DNA from: Octopus vulgaris
Taxonomy: Eukaryota
NCBI GenBank assembly: GCA_951406725.2
Contig: OX597842.1
Location: forward strand, 17,794,001-17,858,000
Reading direction: 5' to 3'
DNA: 64,000 nucleotides
Below, piece after piece: positions 26,032-39,064 of this stretch. Under the pieces are notes generated by a model. The model was not told the DNA's origin and searched no databases. It saw only the letters and a list, made by a program, of their open reading frames with translations. Both the position numbers and the translations under genes were made by a program. Every line of letters starts with the position of its first letter. Position 1 is the stretch's first letter.

Positions 26032-26590
26032 GTGCTGATAACTGTTTTCCCTGCTCTCTGGCGTTTGATTATGAAGAGTTGGTTTGTGTTGCTATACACT
26101 GAACCTCAAAAGAAACGCGATATCTGTGTGACAGTGAAATATGTTTTAATTTCTTTATGTCTGAGATGAATTTTGATAAATCTGATAAACCTATCAATGG
26201 ATTCAGTGATAGGTTGAATATTTTTTCAATGTCTAGAAAGCATTACGGTGAGAAAAGACAAAGACAGTACGTGGATTGCTAGAAATCGGATCTGATACAT
26301 CACCAACTCGCCTCACTCCTGCCTTTCCGTTTTCGGAAAATAGTTGCACAGTTATTTGCGGAATGGCCAAATTAATTTCAATGACACAAAAAACCTGAAA
26401 TATTATCAATTTTATATAGTGTTTTCAGCGGTCAACTTAGTAACAAACTTTACTTTTTAAAAGGATATATGTATGTGTATATATATATATACATATATAT
26501 ATGGGGGTTGTATGTGTGTGTGTGATGATTATCGGGAAATTTAGAATTAACTTCATTAATTTCTAACAATTTTTCATTCATTTTTTCCAG

Positions 26591-26634
26591 ATCTAAGTTT
26601 CGAAACCCTGGTCATCTCAGTGATTATGAAGTAG
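26591..26634 (+). CDS. Gene A last coding exon (DLSFETLVISVIMK*)
   Basis: Acceptor ttttttccag, phase 1, TAG at 26632-26634; paralog ends DVQWRYPQLVFSVLLK* with homologous 3' flank. Confidence 0.75.
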
Positions 26635-26687
26635 AATATATATTATTCCAGAAACTGTATATACATACGCACATACATATATGATGA

Positions 26688-26718
<31 letters not shown>

Positions 26719-27255
26719 AACAACAACAACAACAACTACTACTACTACTACTTACTATTACTATTATTATTATTATTATTATTAGATACCAGAACCTTTT
26801 TTTCGCCCATGTTCTACACGATCGTTGTTGTTGACACTACATTATCGGATTTGAATCGAAATATTTTGGTACTTTGTAATACTTGTAAGAAAACAAAGAA
26901 GTGACCTGTCCGTTGTCGCGTTTTTAACTGACCACAATGCTAACACTCTGGCACATTTTACAATATAAAAACTGACATTAAATTTTCTTATTTCAGAGTT
27001 TATCTTTTTCATAAGCGTATACCATTGTTCAGCTCAGAAATGCAAAATTTTTATCACATATATATATATATACACATTCTCATCTTTTTTTCCCTTCTTA
27101 TGTTTAATATATTTTCTGAAATATTCTGTTGCACACAAAGACAAGTTTATGTATTTGCTTTCCGAATGTAATATTCGAAGAGTGATTATTCTATGTTGTT
27201 TCTTTGCTGTTGTAATTTTTTCTCTGTGACTCAGTTATCTATTTTATTGTTGTTA

Positions 27256-27261
27256 AATAAA
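27256..27261 (+). terminator. Putative polyadenylation signal of gene A (AATAAA)
   Basis: AATAAA near the end of the A/B 3' homology; the equivalent signal is kept in B at 32243-32248 (-). Confidence 0.5.
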
Positions 27262-28009
27262 ACATTTTATCTGAGAAAAAGCCTCGTCTGTCATATTTCT
27301 GAAACACTTCTCTTCTCTATATCAACTACAACACACAACATTAATGTTAAAGGGGTGACACAACCGTAAGGAATCTTATTTGGCAACTGACCGAACCAAC
27401 GCTTAAAAGATCTTCTACAAACATTTTAAGATTTGTGATCTATACAACAATTCACCCGACCCTCTCTCTCTTTGAGCTGGTAGAATCGTTAGCACGCCGG
27501 GCGAAATACTTAGCGGTATGTCGTCTGCCTTTACGTTCTGAGTTCAAATTCCGCCAATGTCGACTTTGCCTTTCATCCTTTCTGGGGATGGGTCAGTAAA
27601 TTTAGTACCATTAGCGTACTAATCGACTGGGCCCCTCCCACAAAATTTCAGACCTTGTGCCTCTCGTAGAAAGCATTATTATTATTATGAAAGTCAAGGC
27701 GGCGGGCTGGCAGAATTGTTAGCACGCCTGTCGAAATGTTTAACTGTATTTCGCGCGTCGCTACGTTCTGAGTTCAAATTCCACCGAGGTCACAGGATTA
27801 CATATTTGTGGGTAGGTAAGAGTCAATTATATCGATCCCTGTATATTTCATGGTATTTTATTTTGTAACTGTACTTATTTAATCGACCCCGAAAGGATGA
27901 AAGGCAAAGTCGACCTCGGCGGAATATGAACTCAGAACGTAGCGGCAGACGAAATACCGCTAAGCATTTCGCCCAGCGTGCTAACGTTTCTGCCAGCTCG
28001 CCGCCATAA

Positions 28010-29640
28010 ACGGAGTGGATATTAAATTACAACTGGATACGGTAGTGACATTTCAATCTTTAACACCTACACGTGTTAGAAAATAAAGAAACCTATGTCA
28101 AGAAATCAGCAAAAATTGCACGTGACAAACTACACTTTGTAGGGAAAAAAAGCAAAATGGAATTCGTCGGTAAAGTATCAAAATGCGTTTGAAAAGATAA
28201 AATATCTGATTTGTCCCCAGCGTGTTTCGATCCTGAAATGGCCATAGTCGAAGCTTCGATTGCTTCGGGTTAGGGAATAGGAGCAGTCATGCTACACAAG
28301 TATAAAGAAGGAAATATGAAGCCAGTAGTTCAAGCCTCACGTTCGCTTGTAGTAGCGGAAGAAAGTATAGTGAGATAGAGAAGCAGGTTCTTTCGATTAT
28401 TTTTGCGGTAAAAAAATTTTCACAAATTTCTACACGGTAGACATTTTTTGTTACAAATCGACCATCGACCATTACTATCAATTTTGGGATACAAAAAAAT
28501 GATTGCCTACCCATACAGCGAACCGACAAGCAGGTTCTTTCGATTATTTTTGCGGTAAAAAAAATTTCACAAATTTCTACACGGTAGACATTTTTTGTTA
28601 CAAATCGACCATCGACCATTACTATCAATTTTGGGATAAAAAAAAAATGATTGCCTACACATACAGCGAACCGACAAGCAGGTTCTTTCGATTATTTTTG
28701 CGGTAAAAGAATTTCACAAATTTCTACACGGTAGACATTGTTTGTTACAAATCGACCATCGACCATTACTATCAATTTTGGGATACAAAAAAATGATTGC
28801 CTACCCATACAGCGAACCGACAAGCAGGTTCTTTCGATTATTTTTGCGGTAAAAGAATTTCACAAATTTCTACACGGTAGACATTTTTTGTTACAAATCG
28901 ACCATCGACCATTACTATCAATTTTGGGATACAAAAAAATGATTGCCTACCCATACAGCGAACCGACAAGCAGGTTCTTTCGATTATTTTTGCGGTAAAA
29001 GAATTTCACAAATTTCTACACGGTAGACATTGTTTGTTACAAATCGACCATCGACCATTACTATCAATTTTGGGATAAAAAAAAAATATTGCCTACCCAT
29101 ACAGCGAACCGACAAGCAGGTTCTTTCGATTATTTTTGCGGTAAAAGAATTTCACAAATTTCTACACGGTAGACATTTTTTGTTACAAATCGGCCATCGA
29201 CCATTACTATCAATTTTGGGATAAAAAAAAAATGATTGCCTACACATACAGCGAACCGACAAGCAGGTTCTTTCGATTATTTTTGCGGTAAAAGAATTTC
29301 ACAAATTTCTACACGGTAGACATTTTTTGTTACAAATCGACCATCGACCATTACTATCAATTTTGGGATAAAAAAAAATGATTGCCTACCCATACAGCGA
29401 ACCGACAAGCAGGTTCTTTCGATTATTTTTGCGGTAAAAAAAAGTTCACAAATTTCTACACCGTAGACATATTTTGTTACAAATCGACCATCACTATCAA
29501 TTTTGGGATGAAAACAAAATGCCTACCCATACAGGGAACCGACTACAACGTTGGGATACAATATTGCTGTATCGTAATTTTACGATGCATTATATTCCGT
29601 CGAAGAAAATTGGTTACGCGGACTGTTTATCACGTTTAAG
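28010..29640 (+). mobile_element. Ty3/Gypsy pol remnant (RT connection and RNase H) with internal tandem amplification
   Basis: Peptides KPVVQASRSL..AE.KYSEIEKQVLSIIFAVKEFHKFLHGRHFLLQIDHRPLLSILG...PTHTGNRLQRWDTILL...IGYADCLSRL; degenerate. Confidence 0.85.
28381..29530 (+). repeat. Tandem array of ~8 x 145-149 bp derived from Gypsy RNase H
   Basis: Unit aagcaggttctttcgattatttttgcgg...cagcgaaccgac recurs at about 28381, 28528, 28677, 28822, 28968, 29114, 29261 and 29407. Confidence 0.95.
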
Positions 29641-30042
29641 TGAGGAGTATATACGCCACAGAATCCGGGAAACGGGTTTTATATGCCTATGGCTAGGAAA
29701 AGGCCTTTCATCTTTTTCATATTCATATATAGCCCCTGCGTACAACGAAATTCTCGTACACGCACACACATACGTTAAAACTATATACACATACATACTA
29801 ACGGATATATACTGTGATCACCATGTACGCAGTAAATGTACGCATATATCTGCATGTGCACATAAGCACTTTACACAGAGTTGCCTCCCCTCTTGCTCTT
29901 GTACGTTTATTCTGGGTTGCTTCCCGCCATTCAACCTCGTCGTTTTCAGAATGACTTATCACAAATGCTTCCTCCTAAATTTACTCCTTCAGCTCAACTT
30001 TCTATAATTTCAGCTCCTTAATCCTTGAGAATTAAGCTAACA

Positions 30043-30664
30043 GGATCTTTTCCTTTTGAACGGCAGATGTCAACACAATTTCTAGTTAACTAAACACTTT
30101 TAAACTTCGTATACTGGTAGAATGTGTTTATAAAACATCTTTTTCTCTTGGTTTTATTGAGAAAATTCTATAGTTTGTAAGATATTTCGTCTGAAAATCC
30201 GAGCATTTCGGCAATATTAACCAATCGATTACCTCCATTCAACTAAAATCATTTGCTGCGTCTAAAACTGAGACAACATCCCGTAACTAACCCTAAACCT
30301 CACCCCTAGCCCTAACCCTAATTTTTTTTCTTCATTGTTAAATTAATTTAATTCCATTGCTTTAGTTTTTTCACACGTGTAACAATTAAATTAATTTAAC
30401 AATTAAGAAAAAAAAATTTAGGGTTAGTTACAGGATGTTGTCTCAGTTTTAGACGCAGCAAATGATGTTAGCTCAAAAGAGAGCATAGGATTGGTTAAAA
30501 TTCGAAAAATTAAACTACGTTAGACAAACAAATTACAATTTTCCAAGAGAAAGCCAAGAGAAAAAATGTTTTATTTTGACACATTCTACCAGTATACGAA
30601 GTTTAAAAGTGTTTAGTTAACTAGAAATTGTATTGAAATCTGGCCTTCAAAAGGAAAAGATGCC
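30043..30664. mobile_element. Fold-back (palindromic) relative of the TIR element
   Basis: Both arms carry the same end (aactaaacacttttaaacttcgtatactggtagaatgtg); inner arms 30250-30350 and 30387-30465 are complementary. Confidence 0.75.
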
Positions 30665-30958
30665 ATACGCTTCTTACTAAATTTACTCTTTCAGCTCAAC
30701 TTTATATAATTTCAGCTCCTTAATCCTTGAGTATTAAGCTAACAATTACAGCATGTTTTTGCTTCCGTATTTTTAGTATTGTAGTTGTTGTTGTACCTGC
30801 GTCGATGTGTGTGTGTTTAATGAGGAATAGAACCCACCAATGCTAATGTCCCTTATACCTGGTCAGGTGAGTAATTTGAGAAACAGGAATGGATAAAATA
30901 AGTACCAGACAACACTGCCAGCTCACGGAGAGGGAGATATATATATATATATATATAT

Positions 30959-31372
30959 AGGCGGCGAGCTGGCAGAAACGTTAGCACGCCGGACGAAATG
31001 CGTAGCCGTATTTCGTCTGCCGTTACGTTCTGAGTTCAAATTCCGCCGAGGTCGACTTTGCCTTTCATCCTTTCGGGGTCGATTAAATAAGTAACAGTTA
31101 CGTACTGGGGTCGATGTAATCGACTTAATCCGTCTGTCTGTCCTTGTTTGTCCCCTCCAAGTTTAGCCCCTTGTGGGTAGTAAAGAAATAGGCATTTCGT
31201 CTGCCGCTATGTTCTGAATTCAAATTCCGCCGAGATCGACTTTGCATTTCATCCTTTCGGGGTCGATAAATAAAGTGCCAGTTACGCACTGGGGTCGATG
31301 TAATCGACTTAATCCGTTTGTCTGTCCTTGTTTGTCCCCTCTATGTTTAACCCCTTGTGGGCAATAAAGAAA
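30959..31372 (+). mobile_element. Meta-like SINE dimer
   Basis: Head plus two bodies joined at gaaataggcatttcgtctgcc. Confidence 0.85.
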
Positions 31373-31740
31373 TATATTTAGAGAGAAATTCGAGCGTGGT
31401 GAATGGTTGTGTAGACCACAGATCTTACAAACTTTGTACAAGAGTTGAGGAACTTGTTTCAATCGTTGCCTGGGTCAGTTGACAAATAAGATTCCTCACG
31501 TCGGAGGTTGTGAGCTGGCCGAATCGTTAGCACGCTGGTCGAAATGCTTGGCGGCCTTTTGTCTATCTTCACGTTTTCAGTTCAAATTCCACCGAGATTG
31601 ACTTTACATTTCATCCTTTCGGGGTCGATAAAATAAGTACTGGTTGAGTGCTGGGGTCGATTTATCTCCTCCTTGAAATTGTCGGCCTTCTGGTAAAAAT
31701 TGAAATCAGTATATCTCACGTAGTGATCACCCATTTAATA

Positions 31741-32153
31741 TTACTCTTTACTCTTTTACTCTTTTACTTGTTTCAGTCATTTGACTGCGGCCATGCTGGA
31801 GCACTGCCTTTAGTCGAGCAAATCGACCACGGAACTTATTCTTTGTAAGCCCAGTATTTATTCTATCGGTCTCTTTTGCCGAACCACTAAGTAACGGGGA
31901 CGTAAACACACCAGCATCGGTTGTCAAGCAATGCTAGGGGTGCAAACACAGACACACAAACACATCACATATACATATATACATATATACGAGAGGCTTC
32001 TTTCAGTTTCCGTCTTTCAAATCCACTCACAAGGCATTGGCCGGAACGGGGCTATAGCAGAAGACACTTGCCCAAGATGCCACGCAGTGGGACTGAACCC
32101 GGAACCATGTGGTTGGTTAGCAAGCTACTTACCACACTGCCACTCCTGCGCCT
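31741..32153 (-). mobile_element. CORE-like SINE
   Basis: Full head and tail; abuts the end of the A/B 3' homology. Confidence 0.85.
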
Positions 32154-32242
32154 ATAAATGTTATATGTTGAAGTTGATATAAAGAAGAACTTGAAATATT
32201 TTAGAAATATGACAGACGAACCTTTTTTTCAGATAAAAATGT

Positions 32243-32248
32243 TTTATT
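32243..32248 (-). terminator. Putative polyadenylation signal of gene B
   Basis: AATAAA in 32160-32700, a segment homologous to A's 3' region 26890-27340. Confidence 0.45.
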
Positions 32249-32814
32249 CAACAACAATAAAAAGAATAACTGGGTTACAGAGAAAAGAGTACAAGAGTAA
32301 AGTAACCAGAAAGAATAGTTACTCTTTGAGATATTCAATTCGGAAATATTACATTCGTGCGTCGCGGAGTGTTTCCCATTCGTGCACCACAGAAAGCATA
32401 TTAAATACATGACAGAAAAATATGTGAATGTGTGTGTGTGTGTGTGTGTATGGACTTTGGGTGGCGGTGGGGTGAAATATCTTGCATTTCCTTGATAAGC
32501 AACGATATATAATGATGAAGGATGATCTCTGAAGTAAAAAATTTAGCAAGATATCTTTTTCATAATGTAAAATAGACTGAAGTGCCCTCTTTAGGATTTT
32601 GTTGAACGTGCCAGAGAGTTAACAGTGATTGGTTAAAAATACTGCAACAGACAGGTCACTTATTGAAGTCTCACCGTATTGAAAAATTCTCCTTATTATT
32701 CGCTATCACATAAAAAAATGTACCTGTAATATACGTGGTGTGATCAATAAGTAACCGGACTGTTGCTATAGTAACGAAGCTAAAGCATCCAGTGATATCG
32801 CTTGGCAAAGATTG

Positions 32815-32892
32815 ACATCTATCCATCTATCTAAATATCTATAATCTATCTATCTATCTACCTATCTATTTATCTATCAATATATCTCTCTA

Positions 32893-32958
<66 letters not shown>

Positions 32959-33249
32959 TATATATTCATATATATATACACATATATCTATATTCATATA
33001 TATATACACATATATCTATATTCATATATATATACACATATATCTATATTCATATATATATACACATATATATATATACATATATATATACACATATATC
33101 TATATACATATATATATACACATATATATATACATATATATATATACATATATATATATACACACATATATCTATATTCATATATATATACACATATATC
33201 TATATACATATATATATACACATATATCTATATACATATATATATACAC

Positions 33250-33312
<63 letters not shown>

Positions 33313-33400
33313 TCATATATCTATATTCATATATATATACACATATATCTATATACATATATATATACACATATATCTATATACATATATATATACACAC

Positions 33401-33431
<31 letters not shown>

Positions 33432-33446
33432 CATATATATATATAC

Positions 33447-33501
<55 letters not shown>

Positions 33502-33591
33502 CACATGTATCTATAAATATATATATATACACATGTATCTATAAATATATATATATACACATGTATCTATAAATATATATATATACATGTA

Positions 33592-33648
<57 letters not shown>

Positions 33649-33824
33649 CTATATATATATATATACATATCTATATATATGTATATATACATATCTATAT
33701 ATATATATATACATATATAAGTGTGTCTATGGCCAGCTGGTGGAGTGTGTCCTCCTGGGGCTAAAAACTACAGTAGCATCCACCCTTAGGGGTTAGCCAT
33801 ATTGAAATGGCAAAAATACTTCAC

Positions 33825-33908
<84 letters not shown>

Positions 33909-33910
33909 CA

Positions 33911-33946
<36 letters not shown>

Positions 33947-34005
33947 TATCTAATCTTTCTATCTAATTCTCTCTCTCTCTCTCTCTGTATCTATCTATCT
34001 ACATG
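32815..34005. repeat. Compound (TA)-based microsatellite expansion
   Basis: Direct reading; includes a short island at 33730-33826 homologous to 1347-1440. Confidence 0.9.
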
Positions 34006-34027
34006 AATATGATTATGTATGTACGTA

Positions 34028-34443
34028 TTCTTTTATTCTTTTATTCTTTTACTTGTTTCAGTCACTTGACTGCGGCCATGCTGGAGCACCGCCTTTAATC
34101 GAGCAACTCGACCCCGGGACTTATACCATCGGTCTCTTTTGCCTAACCGCTAAGTAACGGGGACATAAACACACCAGCATCGGTTGTCAAGCAATGCTAG
34201 GGGGACAAACATAGACACAAACACACACACGCATATATATATATATATATATATCTATATATATATACACATATATACGACAGGCTTCTTTTCAGTTTCC
34301 GTCTACCAAATCCACTCACAAGGCTTTGGTCGGCCCGAGGCTATAGGCAGAAGACACTTGCCCAAGGTGTCATGCAGTGGGACTGAACCCAGAACCATGT
34401 GGTTGGTAAACAAGCTACTTACCACACAGCCACTCCTGCGCTT
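34028..34443 (-). mobile_element. CORE-like SINE within the presumed 3' UTR of gene B
   Basis: Full head and tail. Confidence 0.85.
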
Positions 34444-34663
34444 ATGTATGTATGTATGTATGTAAAAATATGCATGTGTGTAGATATGTATGTTTGTATC
34501 TATGTATGTATGTATGAATGTATGTATGTATGTATGTATGTATGTATGTATGTATGTATGTATGTATGTATGTATGTATGTATGTATGTATGTATGTATT
34601 TATGTATGTATGTATTTACGTATGTATGTAAAAATATGTAATTTCTGGAATTGTATATGTATT

Positions 34664-34713
34664 CTATTTTAAAAGTACTGAGAAGACCAGTTGTGGGTAT
34701 CGCCATTGCACAT
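34664..34713 (-). CDS. Gene B last coding exon (DVQWRYPQLVFSVLLK*)
   Basis: Acceptor gtttttcag, TAG stop, downstream tagaatacatatacaattccagaaa homologous to A's tagaatatatattattccagaaa. Confidence 0.75.
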
Positions 34714-34844
34714 CTGAAAAACACGAAAGGATAGATTCGTTAAAAATTTATTAAATTAACTCAATGCCCACACGCGTATCTCTCTCTCATTCTCTATCTA
34801 TGTATGTAGCTATCTATCTATCAACCTATCTATATTTGAATATG

Positions 34845-34889
<45 letters not shown>

Positions 34890-34896
34890 TTATATA

Positions 34897-35195
34897 TCTT
34901 TATATATAAAGCTGAAGTTGTGTAAGAGTCTGTCTCCTCCGATTTAGATTGCTAACTACTCCAACATTTTGCGGTGCAGTTTAACCAAAAGCGGGTATCT
35001 TATAGTCGTGATTCAAATCGAGCCCTTCTGTGTATTAGCGCGCGTCTATGATGAGTATATGATTTTTTAAAAAAATTATCATTAATTTTCCGCATTTTTA
35101 ATGCATTTTTTGCATATATAATGGAGTAACTCTCTAAAAATGCTTATATAGTTATTTCCCTTACAAATCCGAGCAACGCCGGTTGATACTGCTAG
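34897..35195 (+). mobile_element. Non-autonomous Helitron-like element
   Basis: 5' TC after A, 3' hairpin ccgagcaacgccgg then CTAG before T; same family at 39065-39360. Confidence 0.7.
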
Positions 35196-35303
35196 TATAT
35201 ATATAAATTAAATTAGAGATAAAACCACTATTAGGCAAATCAAACAGTGATAGACATAAACCTAAACATAAAAAACAAAAAATAAATATAATTAATATAA
35301 TAT

Positions 35304-35337
<34 letters not shown>

Positions 35338-35666
35338 TTTAGAATTTAGATGATTAAAACTTTAAATTTTAGAATTTAGATGATTAAAACTTTAAATTTT
35401 TAAATTTATATTAATAATTTTTTAAATTTTTGTATATATTTGTTATAATTTTTTGCAAAAAACAATGTAATTTTCTTTTTCCCCCTTCTCACTTAAAAAA
35501 AAAATTTTCCTTTACAATTCTTGAAAAGTCACATACTGACGAAAATCGGTTTGAATATACATATATTTATATATTTTATCAATTTTTCAAAAACTTTTTC
35601 CATACACCCATTTTCATTAAAATTTTCTTTCAATTTAGCATTCTGCCTTTTTACAATTTTTTCTTG

Positions 35667-35764
<98 letters not shown>

Positions 35765-35937
35765 GACGGGCTTCTTTCAATTTCCGTCTACCACATTCAC
35801 TCACAAAGTTTGGTCGGCCCGAGGCTATAGTAGAAGACACTTGCCCAAGGTGCCACGCAGTGGGACTGAACCCGGAACCATGTGGTTAGTAAACAAGCTA
35901 CTTACCACACATCCACTCCTGCGCCTATGTGTGTATA

Positions 35938-36687
35938 TCTCTATATATAAACGGCAGTTTGTCTGTCTGTGTGTCTGTGTGTCTGTGTGTCTGTCAGGTT
36001 GTACCCTCACCCTGACCACGGCTTTCAACCGATTCTGATGTAACTTGACACCAGTCCCCCCAGTTCTGAAAAAAATCGATAAATTCGACATGGGTCGAGA
36101 ATCTAAGCCTTTTATATGCAACACATTTTCTACAGACTGTCTAGGGGACGCAACTCGACCTTTTTAACTCTCGGAACACGGGTAAGTATCCCAAAATGTA
36201 TAAAAATGTACAAAAACGGCAAAAAAGCGGGCAGCAATGTGAGTGACAACAACGAAAAAGTCAAAAGTGACCAACCTGAACAAACGAATAGAAAAGGTTT
36301 TTTGATTCACACGACAAAAGCGGTTTATAATAAACCAAGAGTTTGCAAGTAGCGTTTGAGGACCGTTAGGGTACGTCAAAAATTTAAGGTAAAACGTTTG
36401 GGGTGGTAGTTATAAAGAAAGTGTAAACAAAAAAAGTATTCGAATAACTTGCGCCTCCAGCAGCTATTAGCAGAAGTGGAGGTAAAGTCTCGAATGTGAT
36501 TTCTTCCTTGTAGGAATTGGTTGGGTTGAATTATCGATAGCTGTTTGATAGTTATTTGGGAGTGAAGAGAAGACATTGCAACCTACACATGCGCCTTCGT
36601 TCCCTAGAGGGTAAGGACTAGATTGGGATTAGTCGTTGCCTACAAGGGGCTCTTACATACCCGGGCAACGCCTGGCTATGCTGCTAG
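35938..36687 (+). mobile_element. Helitron-like element with a different interior
   Basis: TC start followed by (CTGT) repeats, 3' cccgggcaacgcctggc...gctgCTAG-T. Confidence 0.65.
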
Positions 36688-37260
36688 TGTTAAATAATAT
36701 AAGATAACAAGGCCAAGGCAATTTGATAGTCCTAAGACATTTATAAATGGAAAGGTCGTCATACAGCTGTTTCAGGGAAACATGGTTCCGGGTTCAATCC
36801 CACTGCGTGACACTTTGGCCAAGTGTTTTCTACTACGGCCTCCGGTCGACCCAGGGTTTGTGAGTGGATTTGGTAGAGGGAAACTCAAAGAAGCTCGTCG
36901 TATACATTCATATATGTTTGCATGTGTGTTTGTCCCAGGCCAAAGAATAAAAGAATATATGTATCTTCTTTTATTTGTTTCATTCACTTGACTGCGGCTA
37001 TGCTGGAGCATCGCTTTTAAGTCCAACAAATCAACCCCAGGACTTATTCTATGTGAGCCTAGATTTTATTCTGTCAGTATCTTTTGCCAAACCGCTAAGT
37101 TACGGAGACTTAAGCATACCAACATCAGATGTCAAGCGATTGTTCGGGGACAAACACAGACCCACACACAAATATATATATATATATATATGACCGAGTG
37201 TGTACCGTTGGCAATTTTTTTCAGTCCGTCTTCCCTTCTCTGGATCTTTCCTTTTCCTAT

Positions 37261-37296
37261 GTTTCTGACGAAGAGCTCGGGCTCGAAACGTAAAAC
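37261..37296 (+). ncRNA. Minimal hammerhead motif (canonical core) in a Penelope-like 3' fragment 37193-37398
   Basis: gttt-CTGACGA-a-gagc tcgg gctc-GAAA-cg-TA-aaac; a mutated copy (CCGACGA, GCAT for GAAA) lies at about 9469-9503 (-). Confidence 0.7.
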
Positions 37297-37396
37297 CCTC
37301 CTTCTTCCCTTCCTTCCTGAGCGTCCAATAATACTATATTTGTTCCACGTCCTCGCGTTGTTGTGTTTTCTCTTTGTGTTTTCATGTTTGGATTAA

Positions 37397-37470
<74 letters not shown>

Positions 37471-37572
37471 CATACATACATAATACATGTACACGACAGG
37501 CTTCTTTCAGATTGTGTCAACCAAATCCACTCACAAGCTTTTGGCCAACGAGAGACAATACTAGAAGACACT

Positions 37573-37991
37573 AAGGCGGCGAGTTGGCAGAATCGTTAGC
37601 ACGCTGGGCGAAATGCGTAGCCGTATTTCGTCTGCCGTTACGTTCTGAGTTCAAATTCCGCCGAGGTCGACTTTGCCTTTCATCCTTTCGGGATCGATAA
37701 ATTAAGTACCAGTTACGCACTGGGGTCGATGTAATCGACTTAATCCGTCTGACTGCCCTTGTTGGTCCTTTCTGTGTTTAGCCCCTTGTGGGTAATAAAG
37801 AAATAGGTATTTCGTCTGACGCTACGTTCTGAGTTCAAATTCCGCCGAGGTCGACTTTGCCTTTCATCCTTTCGGAGTCAATAAAATAAATACCAGTTAC
37901 GCACTTGGGTCGATATAATCGACTTAATCCCTTTGTCTGTCCTTGTTTGTCCCTTCTGTGTATAGCCCCTTGTGGGTAGTAAAGAAATAGG
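37573..37991 (+). mobile_element. Meta-like SINE dimer
   Basis: Same junction as the other multimers. Confidence 0.85.
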
Positions 37992-38316
37992 TTAATATTA
38001 TTACTTGGCATTTCAAAATTTCTTGGTCAGGACCCCGTCTTCGTCAAATTTATGAAAATATCCAGTCAGCTGTGCGTAGTTCAGATGTTTTGGGTGCTGT
38101 ATTTCCGTGGGTGGTTTTTAACGGAAGAAGCAGCACCCAAGAACACATGTTTCCATTGATGTAAGAGAAAGAAACATAGGCAACTTGAGAAGAAAAGATG
38201 CTATTTCAATTACCAAGTACAGCTTCAAAGTCAATAATAGATCTGAACTGCACGCAGCTGATTGGATAATACAAAACAACCCTTCATAACCACACGCCAG
38301 AGAATAGGGAAAGCAC

Positions 38317-38370
38317 CGTTTCTTCGTAAATTTCCCGAAGAAGGATTCCTAGCACCGAAATATTGAAATA
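38317..38370 (-). CDS. Gene B coding exon 5 (IFQYFGARNPSSGNLRRN)
   Basis: Acceptor acttag, 54 nt, mostly synonymous differences from A. Confidence 0.75.
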
Positions 38371-38512
38371 CTAAGTAAGAGTATAAATCATCGACCTGTA
38401 TTATTGGTTTTTTTATTACTTGCATTGTTTTGGCTTTAAATATATTTAAAATATTTATCAGAAATATTAAATTTCTAGATATCTCATAGAGATATGTACG
38501 GTGGTGGAGCGA

Positions 38513-38676
38513 TAGAGTGGTTGTATACTGTCAACTTAACGCGACTGTCCTGTAAGGGAATTACACCACCGCTGTTTAGACCTAGGAAGCATCGAAATAC
38601 TTCCTAGGGCTAAACAGCGGTGGTGTAATTCCCTTACAGGACAGTCGCGTTAAGTTGACAGTATAAAACCACTCTA
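38513..38676. mobile_element. Hairpin MITE flanked by TA in an intron of gene B
   Basis: Near-perfect inverted arms of about 78 bp with a short loop; absent from the paralogous intron of A. Confidence 0.8.
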
Positions 38677-38825
38677 AAATATTTATGTTTTATGTATTTA
38701 TGTATGAGACAATGCTTTTTGAAAACAACCGGTGCTCACGCGCACACAAACACAAACACACAAATACACACACAGGGAATTATACAATCACTTGCATTGA
38801 AGGTAAGAAGATATATTTTACTTAC

Positions 38826-38932
38826 TACCGGATGGATCTCTCATAGGAATATCGTACTTTTCGACGTTTCCACTTTCTCTATAGGCTTCTAACGTCCAAT
38901 TGTTATCAAACTCGGCGCTAAAGTACGGGTAA
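38826..38932 (-). CDS. Gene B coding exon 4 (NYPYFSAEFDNNWTLEAYRESGNVEKYDIPMRDPSG)
   Basis: Acceptor tagtttcag, donor A|GTAAGT, 107 nt, same phases as A. Confidence 0.8.
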
Positions 38933-39064
38933 CTGAAACTAATATATTACAATTGATTAATTTAATAAACTTAAACATAAAGAAAACATTTTTACGACTT
39001 TATTTACAATAATCGGTTCTGTTTAATTAAATCAATGAGTTTATAATTTCATCTCTGATATTAA

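Noticed and set aside
25986-26168. Alternative acceptor at 25985 giving a longer hydrophobic terminal exon for gene A
   Set aside because: This AG is AA in gene B, and the synonymous substitution pattern supports the other frame.
35530-35565. CTGACGA-aaatcggttt-GAAT hammerhead-like string (and a weaker one near 13190-13220 on -)
   Set aside because: GAAA, stem III and stem I are not satisfied, so it is too degenerate to call.
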